DNA from: Enoplolaimus lenunculus
Lineage: Eukaryota
NCBI GenBank assembly: GCA_030248215.1
Contig: JASANG010000424.1
Coordinates: 310,001 to 374,000, forward strand
Direction of reading: 5' to 3'
DNA: 64,000 bases
Shown here piece after piece: positions 1 through 12,521 of the stretch. The notes beneath the pieces are model-generated. The model ran no database searches and was not told the origin of the DNA. It saw only the letters and a program-made list of their open reading frames with translations. Each line of letters begins with the position of its first letter. The stretch's first letter is position 1. The position numbers were made by a program, and so were the translations under genes.

Positions 1-3000
1 CATGGTGTGAAATATACTTTACAAACGAACAATGAACTACACCAGACAAACGTTAAAGATAAACTTACTGACACAAACCGGAAACGTGATCGACGAAATA
101 CGAATAAACATGGTGTGAATGATAGTTTACAAACCTACAACGGAGACAAGCCGGTAGATAAACATGTTGTAGCAGATATTTTAAATCAATCGAGTGGACG
201 TCAATCGCCAATTGAAAAACTACAGCCGACAGACAGAAAATCGCACAGATCTGCGTTGAAAATTGACACAATTAATCTTTCCCATGGCACCGAAAAACGT
301 GGTTCAACTAATATTTCAACTCCGAAATCTCCTCAATTTGTATCGCGACCGCTCAGTTCAAAACATCGTCAGTCACAGCCTGAAAAGCATTCGAAAAGCA
401 AAGGTTACAAAAAATCCGAATCTGCAAACGCAACTGGACCACTGGACCGGATGCTTGGATTTTTTCGGAGACATTCGCCTGATCGGAAGTAAGCATTCAG
501 TACAAAAAATATATTTTAAATTTTTTGAAATTTTAGAATGATAGGACGTGAGCGTAGCCATCGGAGCTGAGTCCAGCCCGAAAAATTTTGGTCTCCTTGA
601 AAAATTTTCATTCTTGAATGTAAAGGTTTCAAAAATTCTTGTATGTCCTCCTGAAAAAACCCTCTCCCTGTCAAGAGGACCTGGCTACGAGCGTGGGATT
701 AGATTCTGTCGACACCGGAGATGCGATGGACCGGATACTTTATCAATCGTCGGTGCAGGTATAGTTGTTGGTGGTATTTACACGAGCCGTACAAAGCCTT
801 TAGCCTTAAGATTAAATATGAGAGAAGGGCCCATGTATAGAACAGGGCCGGAACAGTAATATAAGCATATTCCTAAGCCTAAGCCTAAACCTAAGCGTAA
901 GGATGAGCCTATTCCTAAGCCTAAGCCTAAGCAAAAAAATTTAGTCTAAAGCTTAAACTGACTCTATTATAGCCCCTCCGGAAAACGATCCGACCCTGTT
1001 CTATACATGGGCCTAGAGAAGTAAGAGCCATTTAAGCCCATAAGATGACTGGCTCATGTTACCTTTAATACCGTAATATAGTCGATTAAACAATATATAT
1101 TGGCATATTCGTGAGCCTAGGTCTAAGCAGAAAAAATGTAGTCTAAAATCTAAGCCTACTCTACTACAGTATCACCTTAACCCCGGGCCGGTCCTAACAA
1201 ACTTTACATGGACCTGGGTGACTAATCTAATTGTTATCAAGCATCTGCCTACCACTTTGCGATGTACACTAAATATTTAAATGTTCACTATTCAGTTGTG
1301 CTCAATATTTTGCGTTCAAAATTCAACGAAACATATTGAAATTTTTAAAATTATATCACAACTGGGTTTGTATTCTCAAAACTTCAAAAACAGCTTTGCT
1401 CTATTCACAATTGCCGTTCTCGAGTCGATATGTGTCATGTAATCAAATCAAGTTGTATACATATTTTATAATGTTTTTCAATATATATATTTTCAGGCAT
1501 GTAGGGTATTACGTGGTACGCGGAGGGTTAGTGGTCACTAAGATGCTTTGAAAAATGATTTTTTGCCAAATTTTTTTGAAAACTGATTTTTTGTTAAATT
1601 TTTTTGAAAACTGATTTTTTGCCAATTTTTTTGAAAAATGATTTTTTGCCAAATTTTTTTGAAAACTGATTTTTTGTTAAATTTTTTTGAAAACTGATTT
1701 TTTGTTAAATTTTTTTGAAAACTGATTTTTTGTTAAATTTTTTTGAAAACTGATTTTTTGTTAAATTTTTTTGAAAACTGATTTTTTGCCAAATTTTTAT
1801 TAAGCTCTATTGGTACAGTTTGGGGTTCTGTGAAGAAATAATAGTTGATTAAAATAAAGATTTTTCAAAATTAACTTTGTAAAATTTGTTTCTGATCTGG
1901 TTGCGTTCAGGAAGTTTTTTGAATTGCAAAGTTTTAGCGTAGCAAATCAGGCAAAATTTTTAGGTTTACGGTTTAGTCTTAAGTTTCTGGTCCTTAAGCG
2001 TTAGTTTTTGAAAAGTGTGAATTAGGCTTTGGCTTGAGCATAGTCGCACTGTAAATTCCAATGAGTTGATTTTAATCAACTCAGAGAGATAATTAGCTAT
2101 TTCGGGTTGTTTCTACGTTAATAACAGTAAATATTATCTGACACTGAGCTGATTTAATTCCGGGTGAGTTAATTAATTAACTCAGAATCAGTTCGTTCAA
2201 TTCAAAATTTAGAGATCTGAAAGAGCTAATTCAGAGCTCAAACTTCTGACTGCATTTAACTCATTCTGAGTTAAAATCAATTCACTGGAATTTACAGTGT
2301 ATTAGCTAAAACTTTATCTAACATTTTAACCCAAGTCTGGTTTAATCCTAATTTTATAAATTGTATTTTGACTTAAATGACAACTTTATACTCTTTGACG
2401 AGCCAGTATAAGACATAACAGGGGGTCCGTAGCCAGCTCACCTTGCTGGGGGGGGGCTGAAAATTTTTCAAGATGGGCAAACAAGTGTTTTTGTTCACAT
2501 ACAAGCAAGGTTGAAAATTTTCTGAACGGGGCCACAAATTTTAAAGCTGGACTGTACCAACCCATTGGCCTTGCCTGACTACAGACCCATATGCAATATT
2601 TACGCCGAATATTTCTTTAACCAAGAAAACTATGCCGTCCATGAGCCAAATGTGCCCTCGCATCAAATGAAAAGTTCATGAATTCGAAGAGTAATCAAAA
2701 GTTTATTAAAAACTTTCATAATTTCAAATTTGCAAACATTTTCAGTCATTTTTGAATGCTTAAATTTAAATTTTAAAATATATTACAAAAATAACCAACA
2801 ATTGGCAATTTTCTCAGCTCAAAACGCGTCTGGTTGACGCAAAAATGTGGCATGTGTTGGGTGTACGTCAAGTAAGTTCATTGTAAATTTCAGTGAGTCG
2901 ATTTTTAATTCAGAATGAGATGAATCACTCAGTCTGAGTTAGAACACTCAGACCATAGAATTTTAAGTTGATTCACAATTCATTCTGAGTCAATTAATCA

Positions 3001-6000
3001 ATTCACCCAGAGTCAACTCAACTCAGAGGGAGAATCAACTCAATTCAGAGTGAACTAATGTTTATTGATGTTAATTCAGAAATAACCAAATCGCTAGCTG
3101 AACTGATTAATCGACTCATTGGAAATTACAGTGTTATAACTTTATATGATATATAATCGTATAAAATACTAAAATTAACAATTATTTTTTGTTTTTAAAA
3201 ACATTTAAGATCTATTCTCAGTTTCATAGATATGCCGAAAGTGAGTTGATAAAACTCAGAATTCTGATTCAATTCAACGCATTCTGAGTTAATTAATCTA
3301 CTCACCCAAAATCAACTCAACTTAGAGTGAGAATCAACTCAACTCAGACTATAAGTTAATGTTTACTAATATTAATTTAGAAATAGCAAACTCGCTATTT
3401 GAGTTGATTAATCAACCCGTTTTAATTTAGAGCGTAATTTTTTCCCTCCAACAGAAGCTACTTTGCCATTACCAGTTTTTGGTTACGTAGCTACCTGTTA
3501 AGCTTGTTAATTAGCATACTTAATGAACAGGTTACACTTTGTTGCGAGATCGCATTTGGTTTGATTTTTAAATCCACAAATGGATGACTGGCCATTCATA
3601 CACTGTAAATTCAAGTGAGTTAATTATTCAACTTAGACGGAAAGCTAGTTTATTTCTCAGTTAATAACAGTTAACTTCAACTCACTATGAGTTGAGTTGA
3701 TTGTCACTGTGAGTTGAGTTGACTCCATGGGAGATGATTAATTAAATCAGAAGGAGTTGAATAAACTCATAATTGTGAGTTGTGGTAGTCCGCAGGCTGA
3801 GCAACTCGACTGAGCCTCCAGACTTGTTGACAGTATCAGATATTTCCGCTCTATGATACAAATATAACTTCGACTTGCTTTAAGCTGTTTTCGAAATATT
3901 TTGAAAAATCACTGCCCTCTCTAGCGAATTCAGAAGGAAAGTGGCAGGGTGATGTTGCCTACGCTCACCCCTCAGAAACTTTTTCGTGCTAAAATGGTAA
4001 AGTCAGAAAATTGGCACATATAACATGCGGTAAAAGTTGCGTTTCATAACTTTCGCCACCCCACCTGCCTTCGGTCAAAAATTCTGGATCCGCCACTGTA
4101 CAATTGAATATTATGTATAATTACAATTTTTTCAATGTTTTTTTGTGAAATTTCAAAATTTTTCAAATTTAAGCTATTGTCAGTTTTATTATTATTTTTT
4201 GTCAAATTATTTTTCTAAAATTATAGAAATAATGCACCACATTTTTCATTCGCTTGTCTCAATTTCATTGTGAAGCATCCGTACATTTTATCAGCACTTT
4301 TATTTGAGGGCAGCGATTTTAAAAGTTTTCAGAAAGACAAACGCTGTTTATTCCGCTATGAATTTTTATTTGTTATTGGTAAAGTTACAAATATGTTTCT
4401 GATATTAACCCTTTCTCACGTGAATATTTTCTATTTCCCCTGAGACCTACTTTTATGCTAGGATTCGAACTCCGGTGGCTGGAGTGTGAGGCGTATACCA
4501 GCACCACTCAGCTATAGGGGCTTGACGCTCGAGCCCGAGGGGGCTCTCACGTCTTGTGGTGAATTAGTACTATATATACGTGTTGCAATTGTTAAACACG
4601 GTGCGATATATAATATTTAACGTATATACACTGCGCTGAGTTGCCTATAGGCAACTCAATGTGAGAAGGGGTTAAATCTGGTGAATGCCAGGTGTAAGCA
4701 TGTGAAACATGCTTGTCCTAGTGCATATGCAATAAATGCAATGCGCATTGGGTTGTACGGTCGACACATATAGTCGACGAAAGACGCAATTGGAGAGGCG
4801 GGCTGTGTGGCGCAGAGGTAGAGTGTTCGCTTAAGGATCCGTAGTAAGCGGATGGAGTCCGTAAACCCTAATTAGAGTCCATAAATGTCAATGTTCCCTA
4901 ATTGTAGTGCATAAATAACTCCAGGCCCAAATAAAGTTGAGTTCGAAACTTTAAAGCATACTTAAGTTTTGAAAGTACATTCTTGTATAACCTTGCATTA
5001 TCGCTCAAGCTTTTTGATACAAGACAAATAAACGTTTAATTTAACGGATAATTGCAGTACCGAATATATATTAGTAACGAAGGGTGGCGGAGCGTGGGTT
5101 ACAAATAATTAAGAGTTCGCAACCGAATAACAGGGGGTACCCTCTGGAGAGGTCAAATAAATATCAGCCCTCCCTTTTTTCGGGTTACTACAGTAGCCAG
5201 CGGACCTTGGTAGGAGGGCTCAGGAAAAATTTTAGGAGGAGCATACAAGGGTTGGAGATGACTTACAAGCAAGGTTGAAACTTTCTACGGGGGGCAGAAC
5301 TTTTCCAGGGGAGGCCCGGAACTCCCCGGGACCCCTATGGCTACGGGTCGGTAAGACATATCTGAGTTATGTGTTAAATTTTAGAAATCCAAGCTATAAG
5401 CACACTGTATATGATACAAACAGTAGTGTTGTGCGATAAAGTGCACTTATTGACTGCAGTTGCAATTATTATTGCAACATTGACTGTGTAGATTTTTGTG
5501 CGTGCAATAGAACAAAAAACATTTCTTACTGCCTCATATTGCAGTTTCTGTGTTTTATAATCGCTAGAAATTATAATTTTAGCTCGATTTTGATATTTTT
5601 TTAATTATAATGCGAACTTTGTTTCGAGTCAAGCACGTAGCCATGAAAGGGAATTGCGGGGTCTAGACACTCAAGTCCACGAGCCAAGGAACGATTGAGA
5701 CATGTTGCAATAGGCCGTAACCAGCTCACGTTGCTAGAGGAGGTCTAAAAAATTTTTTAGGATGGGCATTCGAGGTTATGTTCCACCGGGCGTTGCGTTT
5801 CAGCCGACCGCCCGTATAGATCTGAATAACACGCTAGTGCTATGTAGCATCTTGCGGATTATGTTTTATCTTACCGCCGCCTTGGTCAAGGAGGGGTATA
5901 GCTTAGCCTTAACGCCACCCATTATGATTAATGTGCGTCACCGATTGGTTATTGATGTTGTTTTATGTCTGAATCCTAAAGTCGAAATATATCTTATGCC

Positions 6001-9000
6001 CCATCATCGATCAGAGGGGTACCGCTACTACCGGATCGAGTAACGCTACATCGGTTGAGCGCATAAATAAAGAAGTGTCATACTCTCCATCATACACTCT
6101 TGTAGCACCAATTAACGTCGGACGCTTAAATTTCTGACGGGGGTTGGTTGGGCTGGTAAATGTTATCAAACGCAATTTTTGCTGCGTGCTGCGAAAAATT
6201 GTCAAACATGGACCTTATCAATTTTTCACCAAAAATTTCTGACGGAAAGCGTACGTCCCCTCTGCCCACATCTGGATCCGCTGGTGGTTCCACTAGCAAG
6301 CTGTTGAATGAGTTCCAACCGTTTTCGGTTTGAAATTCTGGCCAATGTAAAGAACAGGGGCGGAACAGTATTATAAGCATATTGCTAAGCCTAAACCTAA
6401 ACCTAAGCCTCAACCTAAGCGTAAAAATGAGCATATTCCTAAGCCCAAGCCTAAGCCTAAGCATGAGCCGAGCAAAAAGTTAGTCTGAAGCTTAAGCTTA
6501 CGCTATTGCAGTCCCACAGAAAACCGTTCCGCCCCTGATCTCTACATGAGCCGAAATTCTAAATACCAACCTCAGCTGCTATTGATCGTGAGAGTGTAAA
6601 GTATATATAAAGCAACAACTTCGATGGAGTACTCTTTTCTAAAATCATTCCTTCGACTTCGAAAGCATAGGAGGAGGCAGAAAAATTGAACCCTTTTTTT
6701 ACCCTCATCAATTTTGTATCTGCAAGCATGGTCCAGCTGGCAACCTGCATGTTTCTTTGAACTTTACTCGAAGTTTACTTTGATGTTCTCAATCCAAATT
6801 TAAAATTAAACTTTCGTTATTGTAATTTTTTTGTTTTTTTTTACAATTTTAAACTTGAATTATTTCAGAAGTAAAGTATTTTCAACCCCGACGACGGGTT
6901 CCAAACCAGACGGCGTTCAAAACGGTGCAACCGCAGACGCGGAAGATTCAATTTGGAGCATTCGGTCTTCGTCAGAAGCGTCAGATACAAGGCGAGCGTC
7001 AAAGCAAGGATCACTACCGGTACACGGTCGAAACACATCAAAAGCTCAAGTGTCGCGGTTGGACGAAACCGGATATCAAAGCGATACTGACGATATTAAT
7101 AAACGGATGTCCGATCAAGATCCACCGGTATGTACAGAACCGTAGCCGGAAATTGTCCAATAGGGAGAGAGCGAGTCGATTTTTAGACGATGCAACGAAA
7201 TCTGTAGACACCGCACAATAGTCCAATTGCAGTGTCATATTAGACTATTAGACATAAAACTAGTGCTTAAAATTACATTTTATCAACTAACAATGTTCAA
7301 TACCATTCAGAGGCGATGCCTGAATTCTTATTGGCTTATGTCTGGAGACGTCTTCTTCGACCCGCAGCCCAAGGGGTGGTCAGGTGACGCCCAGCCCCCG
7401 GGAAGAATTTTCGGCGCCGCTAGAAAATATTCAACCGTGCCTCTATTAAGTCATCGAAAACCCTTGTATGCCCGTCTAGAAAAATGTTTAGCCCCCTGTC
7501 AAAGTCACATGGCTACGGGTATACTTGGCCATCAGCAACTTGCACAGAGTTTAAAAATCGTAAAAATTGCCTAAACATGAACTTAGTAAGCTTGATCCCC
7601 CCGGCCTATAAGATGGGGCTCTGTAATAAGATTATCCTCGTATTATAGTCTTACCAAAAAGTTTAAGGACCTTCAAACTTGTCTTTCTTTATACACTTTT
7701 CGTTCGACAACTGTCTAAATACATTGATAGTTGGAACATTTTGCACACTGTAGTGACCCGAATAAGGCGGGGTCCCCATTTTGAGTCCCAATCAATAGGA
7801 CTCTGTATCGCTAATCAGAGTCTGTAAGCGGATACGGTCTCTAAACCCTAATTAAAATCGATAATCCATAATTGTGAATAAATAAACTTCACGACCAAAT
7901 AAAGTTGAGTTCGAAACTTTGAAGCGGTCTTAAGTTTTGAAAGTACATTCCTAAGTATAATTTTGTGTTTTCGCTGAAGTTTTTGATACAAGACAAACGT
8001 TTAATTCAACGGATGGTTGCAATACATGCTGGTAGGTTTTGCTACGGTCCTTAGATGCTGGCCACGTACGTCTAAAGCGGACAGGGGTAGTAGTTATGGT
8101 ACTAGAGCTTAATATATAGAAGTTTAAAAATTGATTAATTTGTATACAGCTGTTTTTAGATTCCGCCACCAAACAAACCTTCGCTTCTGAATCGAAGTCC
8201 TGCCAAAGACAATGGTAAGCTAAGCGAACCAATCAGCGCAAAGCATGCCAAGTTCCAGTTTATTGCAAATCTATTAGCTACAAGTTTTTAAGTGATTAAT
8301 AGTTTGCAAGCAAATCGAGCGAGAAGCTAAACGCAATTTTAGTGTTAATTTTAGAAGATAATTTGTTTCAAGTTTGATAACATCAGAAAAATTCAATGGA
8401 CACAGTCCTTAGTATTTTATCACGAAAAATTTTCTGACGGGATTGGGCGTACGCTCCAACTGCCCCCCCCTCTGGATAGTGAACCTTACCATGGATCTGT
8501 CGCTGGCGTTCGTGATTGCATTTATTAAATTAATACGAAAAATTGCAAAATTGCACTAATTGCTATTTTAGAATCGCTACGGCCTTCAACTGAACGCATG
8601 ATAAGTGTTCCGGATATTGACGACGATGCATTTAATGCGTTCTATGATTCGCCGGTTTCCAACAACGCTTCACCACCGGTATTTAGGCTGCCCTCTCTCA
8701 CGACACCCGGGTCTGTAGACGAAGAACTGCCAGCAGCTAAAAACGCTAAAAACGACAATTTGAACTTTGACCGGCTTAGATACGATCCTGACAGCCCGGA
8801 TACTGACGTGCCTATGCCGTAAGTACCATACAATTAACCCTCTCACTCACAGAGTATACTATGAGCAACTAAATACAATAATATACGAGCAATATAGACA
8901 CTGTGAGCAGTGTTTAACAATAATAACATATCTGCGCTGGTCAAAATTTCCACAAGACGTGAGAGCGTACTCGCGCTGGAGCGTCAAGCTCCTATAGCTC

Positions 9001-11130
9001 AGTGGTCATCGTAAACGCCTCCCACCTGTGCTGGGGTTCGAATCTTACCTTGAATTAACATCTCATTTGAAATTAAAAATATTCATGTGAGACAGGGTTA
9101 ATGGAAAAATTTTCAGTAAGTATCTTTAAGCTTGATTTGACTGTATCCATCTCTAAAACGCGGTTTGGATGCCCAGCCTATTGGAAAAATTCTATCGTCA
9201 CCGATGTGAGTTTTTAGCTTCTTGTAAATTATTGGCAAATCAACCTTTGTGAGGTTGAGCTGAAATCGTTGGGCCCCTGCCATTGTTTAATTTAATATAT
9301 AAATTTGATTAAGTATGCCTTAAAACGGTCGTATCTGTTAATACGAGCAACGCGCGTTGACAAACGTTACTCTTTCGCATATGCATTTGCGCAGAATTGT
9401 AGCCAGCTCATCTTACTAGGAGGATTAAACAATTTTGATGAGCGGCATACAAGGGTTTTCGTTGACTAACAAGCCAGGTTGAAACTTTTTTAAGATGGCC
9501 AAACTTTTTCCATGACAAGGCTGAGCCCTCCACGGCCCCCCTTTGGCTACAGGACCGCATTTGCACAATATAATGGCGCAGGTACAATTTTTGTCTAACC
9601 GTGTCGAACAAAGGTGCTGCAGGGTGTAAGCATGGGAGACATGCTTGTCCTGGTGCATATACAATAAATGCATTGCACATTGTGTTGTACAGTCGACACA
9701 TATAGTCGACGAAAAATGCAGTTGGACAGGCGGGCTACGTGGCGCAGTGGTAGAGTGCTCGCTTTATGGATCCATAGGCTGAGAGTTCGATCCCCGCTCT
9801 TGACCGCTTTTCCAGCTGCTTAGTTGAAAGATCTGAAGTCCCGGTTCCTACCAAGACTGACACAGGGGTACACCTGTGAAAACGACCATTTAAAATTTGG
9901 ATTTTTTACCGGTCTGGTAATATAACCAGGTTTTTGGTAGGCAACAAAGGCTCAAAATGAGGCGAAGCTGTTTGACAAAATCCAGCGAACGAAGCGAACG
10001 AATAGCCAGCACATTTTAATGCAATAAATGTGTTAAATTCAAACAGAAATATGGCTTTTGATGTATAACTTTAGTCGAGTTCAAACGCCTTTATTTCCAA
10101 GTGCCTGTATATACAGTTGCATGACCGTGGCCAGAGGGGGCCAACAGGGTTTAGCCCTCCCAAGAGTAATTTCGGGTTATCCTACAAATATTTTAATAGC
10201 CTGGTTTTTTACCTCGTAAATTCTAGTCAACGGATCCTAATTTTAATATTACTGTTATTAACACAGAAATAACCAGGAACGACTAATTCGTTCTCTGAGC
10301 TGATTAGTCAACTTTAGTTGATTTTCCAATGCGTATGTTCGCCGTAAAGTTATTTTACCCGTTTCCCGGCTGGTTTAGCAGGGTACGGGACTGCAAGTAG
10401 CTGTCTGTAGCGGTTTTTTTTTCTACAGCCTTCCGCCGCTCAAAACGCCAGTCCGTACGGCACCAAATCGTAAAACGTTCGGAAATCCGGTAAAAACGCT
10501 CGCAGCGCGAACAGATCTTCGCAACGAATACCACGATAGTCACGAAAAGCGAAGCTCCGTTCAAGGCAACCGCGACACCCCTGAAGACCCACCGTTGAGA
10601 ACTAAAACTGGGTTGACTGGACGTAAGTTGAATTAAATGAGCAGGATTTGTGTGGGCGGTGGTGATTTTTTTACCAACCACACCGATCCTGCAATGCTGT
10701 TGGTGTTGCCCTTAGGGTCGTCCCTGTATCTGGTGGTACCGTATAAAAGAGTTCGCTTAGATTTTAGACCACAATTTTTGCTAAGACTTAGGTTCAGGCT
10801 TAGGCTTTAGATTTACATTTTTTAATTCTTTTGCTTAGGCTTTACGTTGAGGAACATGTTTAATAACCCGGAAATTGGTTCGTATCATTGCGTAATGCCT
10901 GAACCGGACAGTTAAAAATAAAACACAGATTTGTTTGCATTTTAAGAAAAAATGTTTAAATTTTAAGACAATTGTTCCGTCGTTGAAATTTTTGAAGTGA
11001 AAATTTGCCAAAACTTAAATTAATCTTATATTGTTTCAGGGGTCAGCGTACTTCCACCAATAATCAAGACGTAAAATTGAATTTGAAACTCAAAAAGATT
11101 TATATGTTAACCTTTACCTTTAATAGCTGA
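1..11130 (+). CDS. 3' part of a multi-exon gene encoding a low-complexity S/T/K/R/D/P-rich protein of unknown function; exons <1-488, (1497-1526 optional), 6869-7127, 8160-8214, 8572-8818, 11040-11130
   Basis: Phase-consistent GT-AG junctions (aa|gtaagc 489; tttcag|a 6869; ccg|gtatgt; ttttag|att 8160; g|gtaagc; ttttag|aa 8572; cc|gtaagt; tttcag|g 11040) give one open frame ending TGA at 11128-11130, followed by AATAAA at 11161. No recognisable domain. Confidence 0.65.
828..1013. mobile_element. GGCC-ended MITE with internal TTAGGC array (Merlin-like)
   Basis: TIR GGCCCATGTATAGAACAGGG; flanks gagagaag/tagagaag (8-bp TSD, 1 mismatch). Confidence 0.8.
1548..1800. repeat. 30-bp minisatellite, ~8 copies
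   Basis: Unit tttgaaaactgattttttgttaaatttttt. Confidence 0.9.
2047..2299. mobile_element. CACTG-ended palindromic MITE (CMC/EnSpm-like), tgagttga subfamily
   Basis: CACTGTAAATTCCA...TGGAATTTACAGTG TIRs; related copies near 2879, 3601, 25106, 39815, 42898, 47297 and 48960. Confidence 0.75.
4409..4671 (-). mobile_element. piggyBac-like MITE carrying tRNA-like A/B boxes
   Basis: TTAA|CCCTTTCTCAC...GTGAGAAGGGG|TTAA; near-identical inverted copy at 62260-62510. Confidence 0.8.
6340..6552. mobile_element. GGCC-ended TTAGGC MITE (Merlin-like)
   Basis: TIRs and a perfect 8-bp TSD gaaattct. Confidence 0.85.
8838..9097 (+). mobile_element. piggyBac-like MITE (divergent subfamily) carrying tRNA-like A/B boxes
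   Basis: TTAA|CCC...GGG|TTAA; contains TAGCTCAGTGG and GGTTCGAATC. Confidence 0.7.
9621..9860 (+). mobile_element. repeat with a ~110-bp leader, a tRNA-derived segment and a 3' body (SINE-like)
   Basis: A box TGGCGCAGTGG (9740) and B box GTTCGATCC (9785); homologous copies at ~4690-4845, ~52558-52925 and ~19930-20090 (-). Confidence 0.7.
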
Positions 11131-11160
11131 TTACCAAAATGCAAATATATCAATTGTTTA

Positions 11161-11166
11161 AATAAA
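11161..11166 (+). promoter_or_regulatory. putative polyadenylation signal
   Basis: AATAAA 30 nt after the predicted stop of gene 1. Confidence 0.4.
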
Positions 11167-12440
11167 ACTAATGTATACAAAAGTCTTATAAATACGGAAT
11201 AGTCAAAATCATGGGTGCAGCGACAAGAAAAGGCGCAGGTGGGCATTGGTGCCGCAGATTTTGGAAACGAAAACTTTGTATTGAGATTAAATGCTTGAAT
11301 TGCGGTTAGCTTGTGGTTCGTTTGATCGTCTATAAGTTTCTTCCACTTATATATGTATATATGTATATACGTATATGTATATATAAGCCAATGTTACGTT
11401 TTGGGCCGTCCCGGTTTCTGGCAGGTCTGTAAAAGAGTATGCTTACATTCTAGACTGCATTTTTTTTGCTCAGGCTTACGCATAGGTTTAACATTGAACT
11501 ATACATTTATATATATACATGTACATATACATGTATATAAATAAATATATATCATATATATATGATATATATACATATATATAGATATAGATATATATAT
11601 TGAGCCCTTGTTTACTGACTCCACTGCTGAATTAACTGCCATGACTTGCAATAATCAACACAATAAATGGTGTTTTTAAGCTCGCGAGTCCGAGTCCCAG
11701 TTAATACTGTTTACCTCATAACTACTCAATCCCAGAGCACTGGTGTACATTTGTTTCTCGAGTTTAATGCTTTACTTACGCAAAATGTTTGTTTCATTTT
11801 ATTGTTTTGCGATACCTTTTTTACAAGAATATTTTTTGAGTAAATTTCGGTTGTGCAATAGAAAATTAACTCGTTTCACATTTTCCTTATAATTTGAAAT
11901 ATTAAAAATGAAATACATTTGAATGTACAGTTGCTGCAGGCGTAATGGGTCATCCACGTTATACTGTCTACGCTACTGTAAAAAATTGTCCCCACTTACG
12001 AGCCCCTCACTTTGTAGTTGTAGTGTTACTAAATGACATGTCCCAATGTCACCCATATCCTGTATAGACCTTCCGGACAACTCGCATACTCTCCAAACAG
12101 CCTATACTTTGTCACATTGCCGTCCATACCCATGCTACAGAACGGGGTATTCATAGGATGTTTTTGGGAATATTAATAATAATTGTGCTTTTACAAGTGT
12201 TACAATTTAAATTGTTGCTTTGAGTGAATAAATATTCCGATTGCTACGCTCGTTTCGCAAAAATTATACTTTGAAGTTGCCGTTCGCAAATGAAAAGCTG
12301 TCGATGATGTTAAACCTTCACACTTTATAATTGTTTGAGTCATTTTTGCAAAAAAACTATATTTAAAATTCTGTTTCAAAATTATACTCATTATTACGTC
12401 ATTTTTCTGTATTAATACGAGTTTACCTAAAATTAAAGTT

Positions 12441-12443
<3 letters not shown>

Positions 12444-12513
<70 letters not shown>
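12444..12513. repeat. (TA)n microsatellite
   Basis: Directly visible. Confidence 0.95.

Positions 12514-12521
<8 letters not shown>

Noticed and set aside
7..492. 161-aa ORF as a complete gene
   Set aside because: Its TAA overlaps a GTAAGC donor that is phase-compatible with downstream exons, so it is better read as an internal exon
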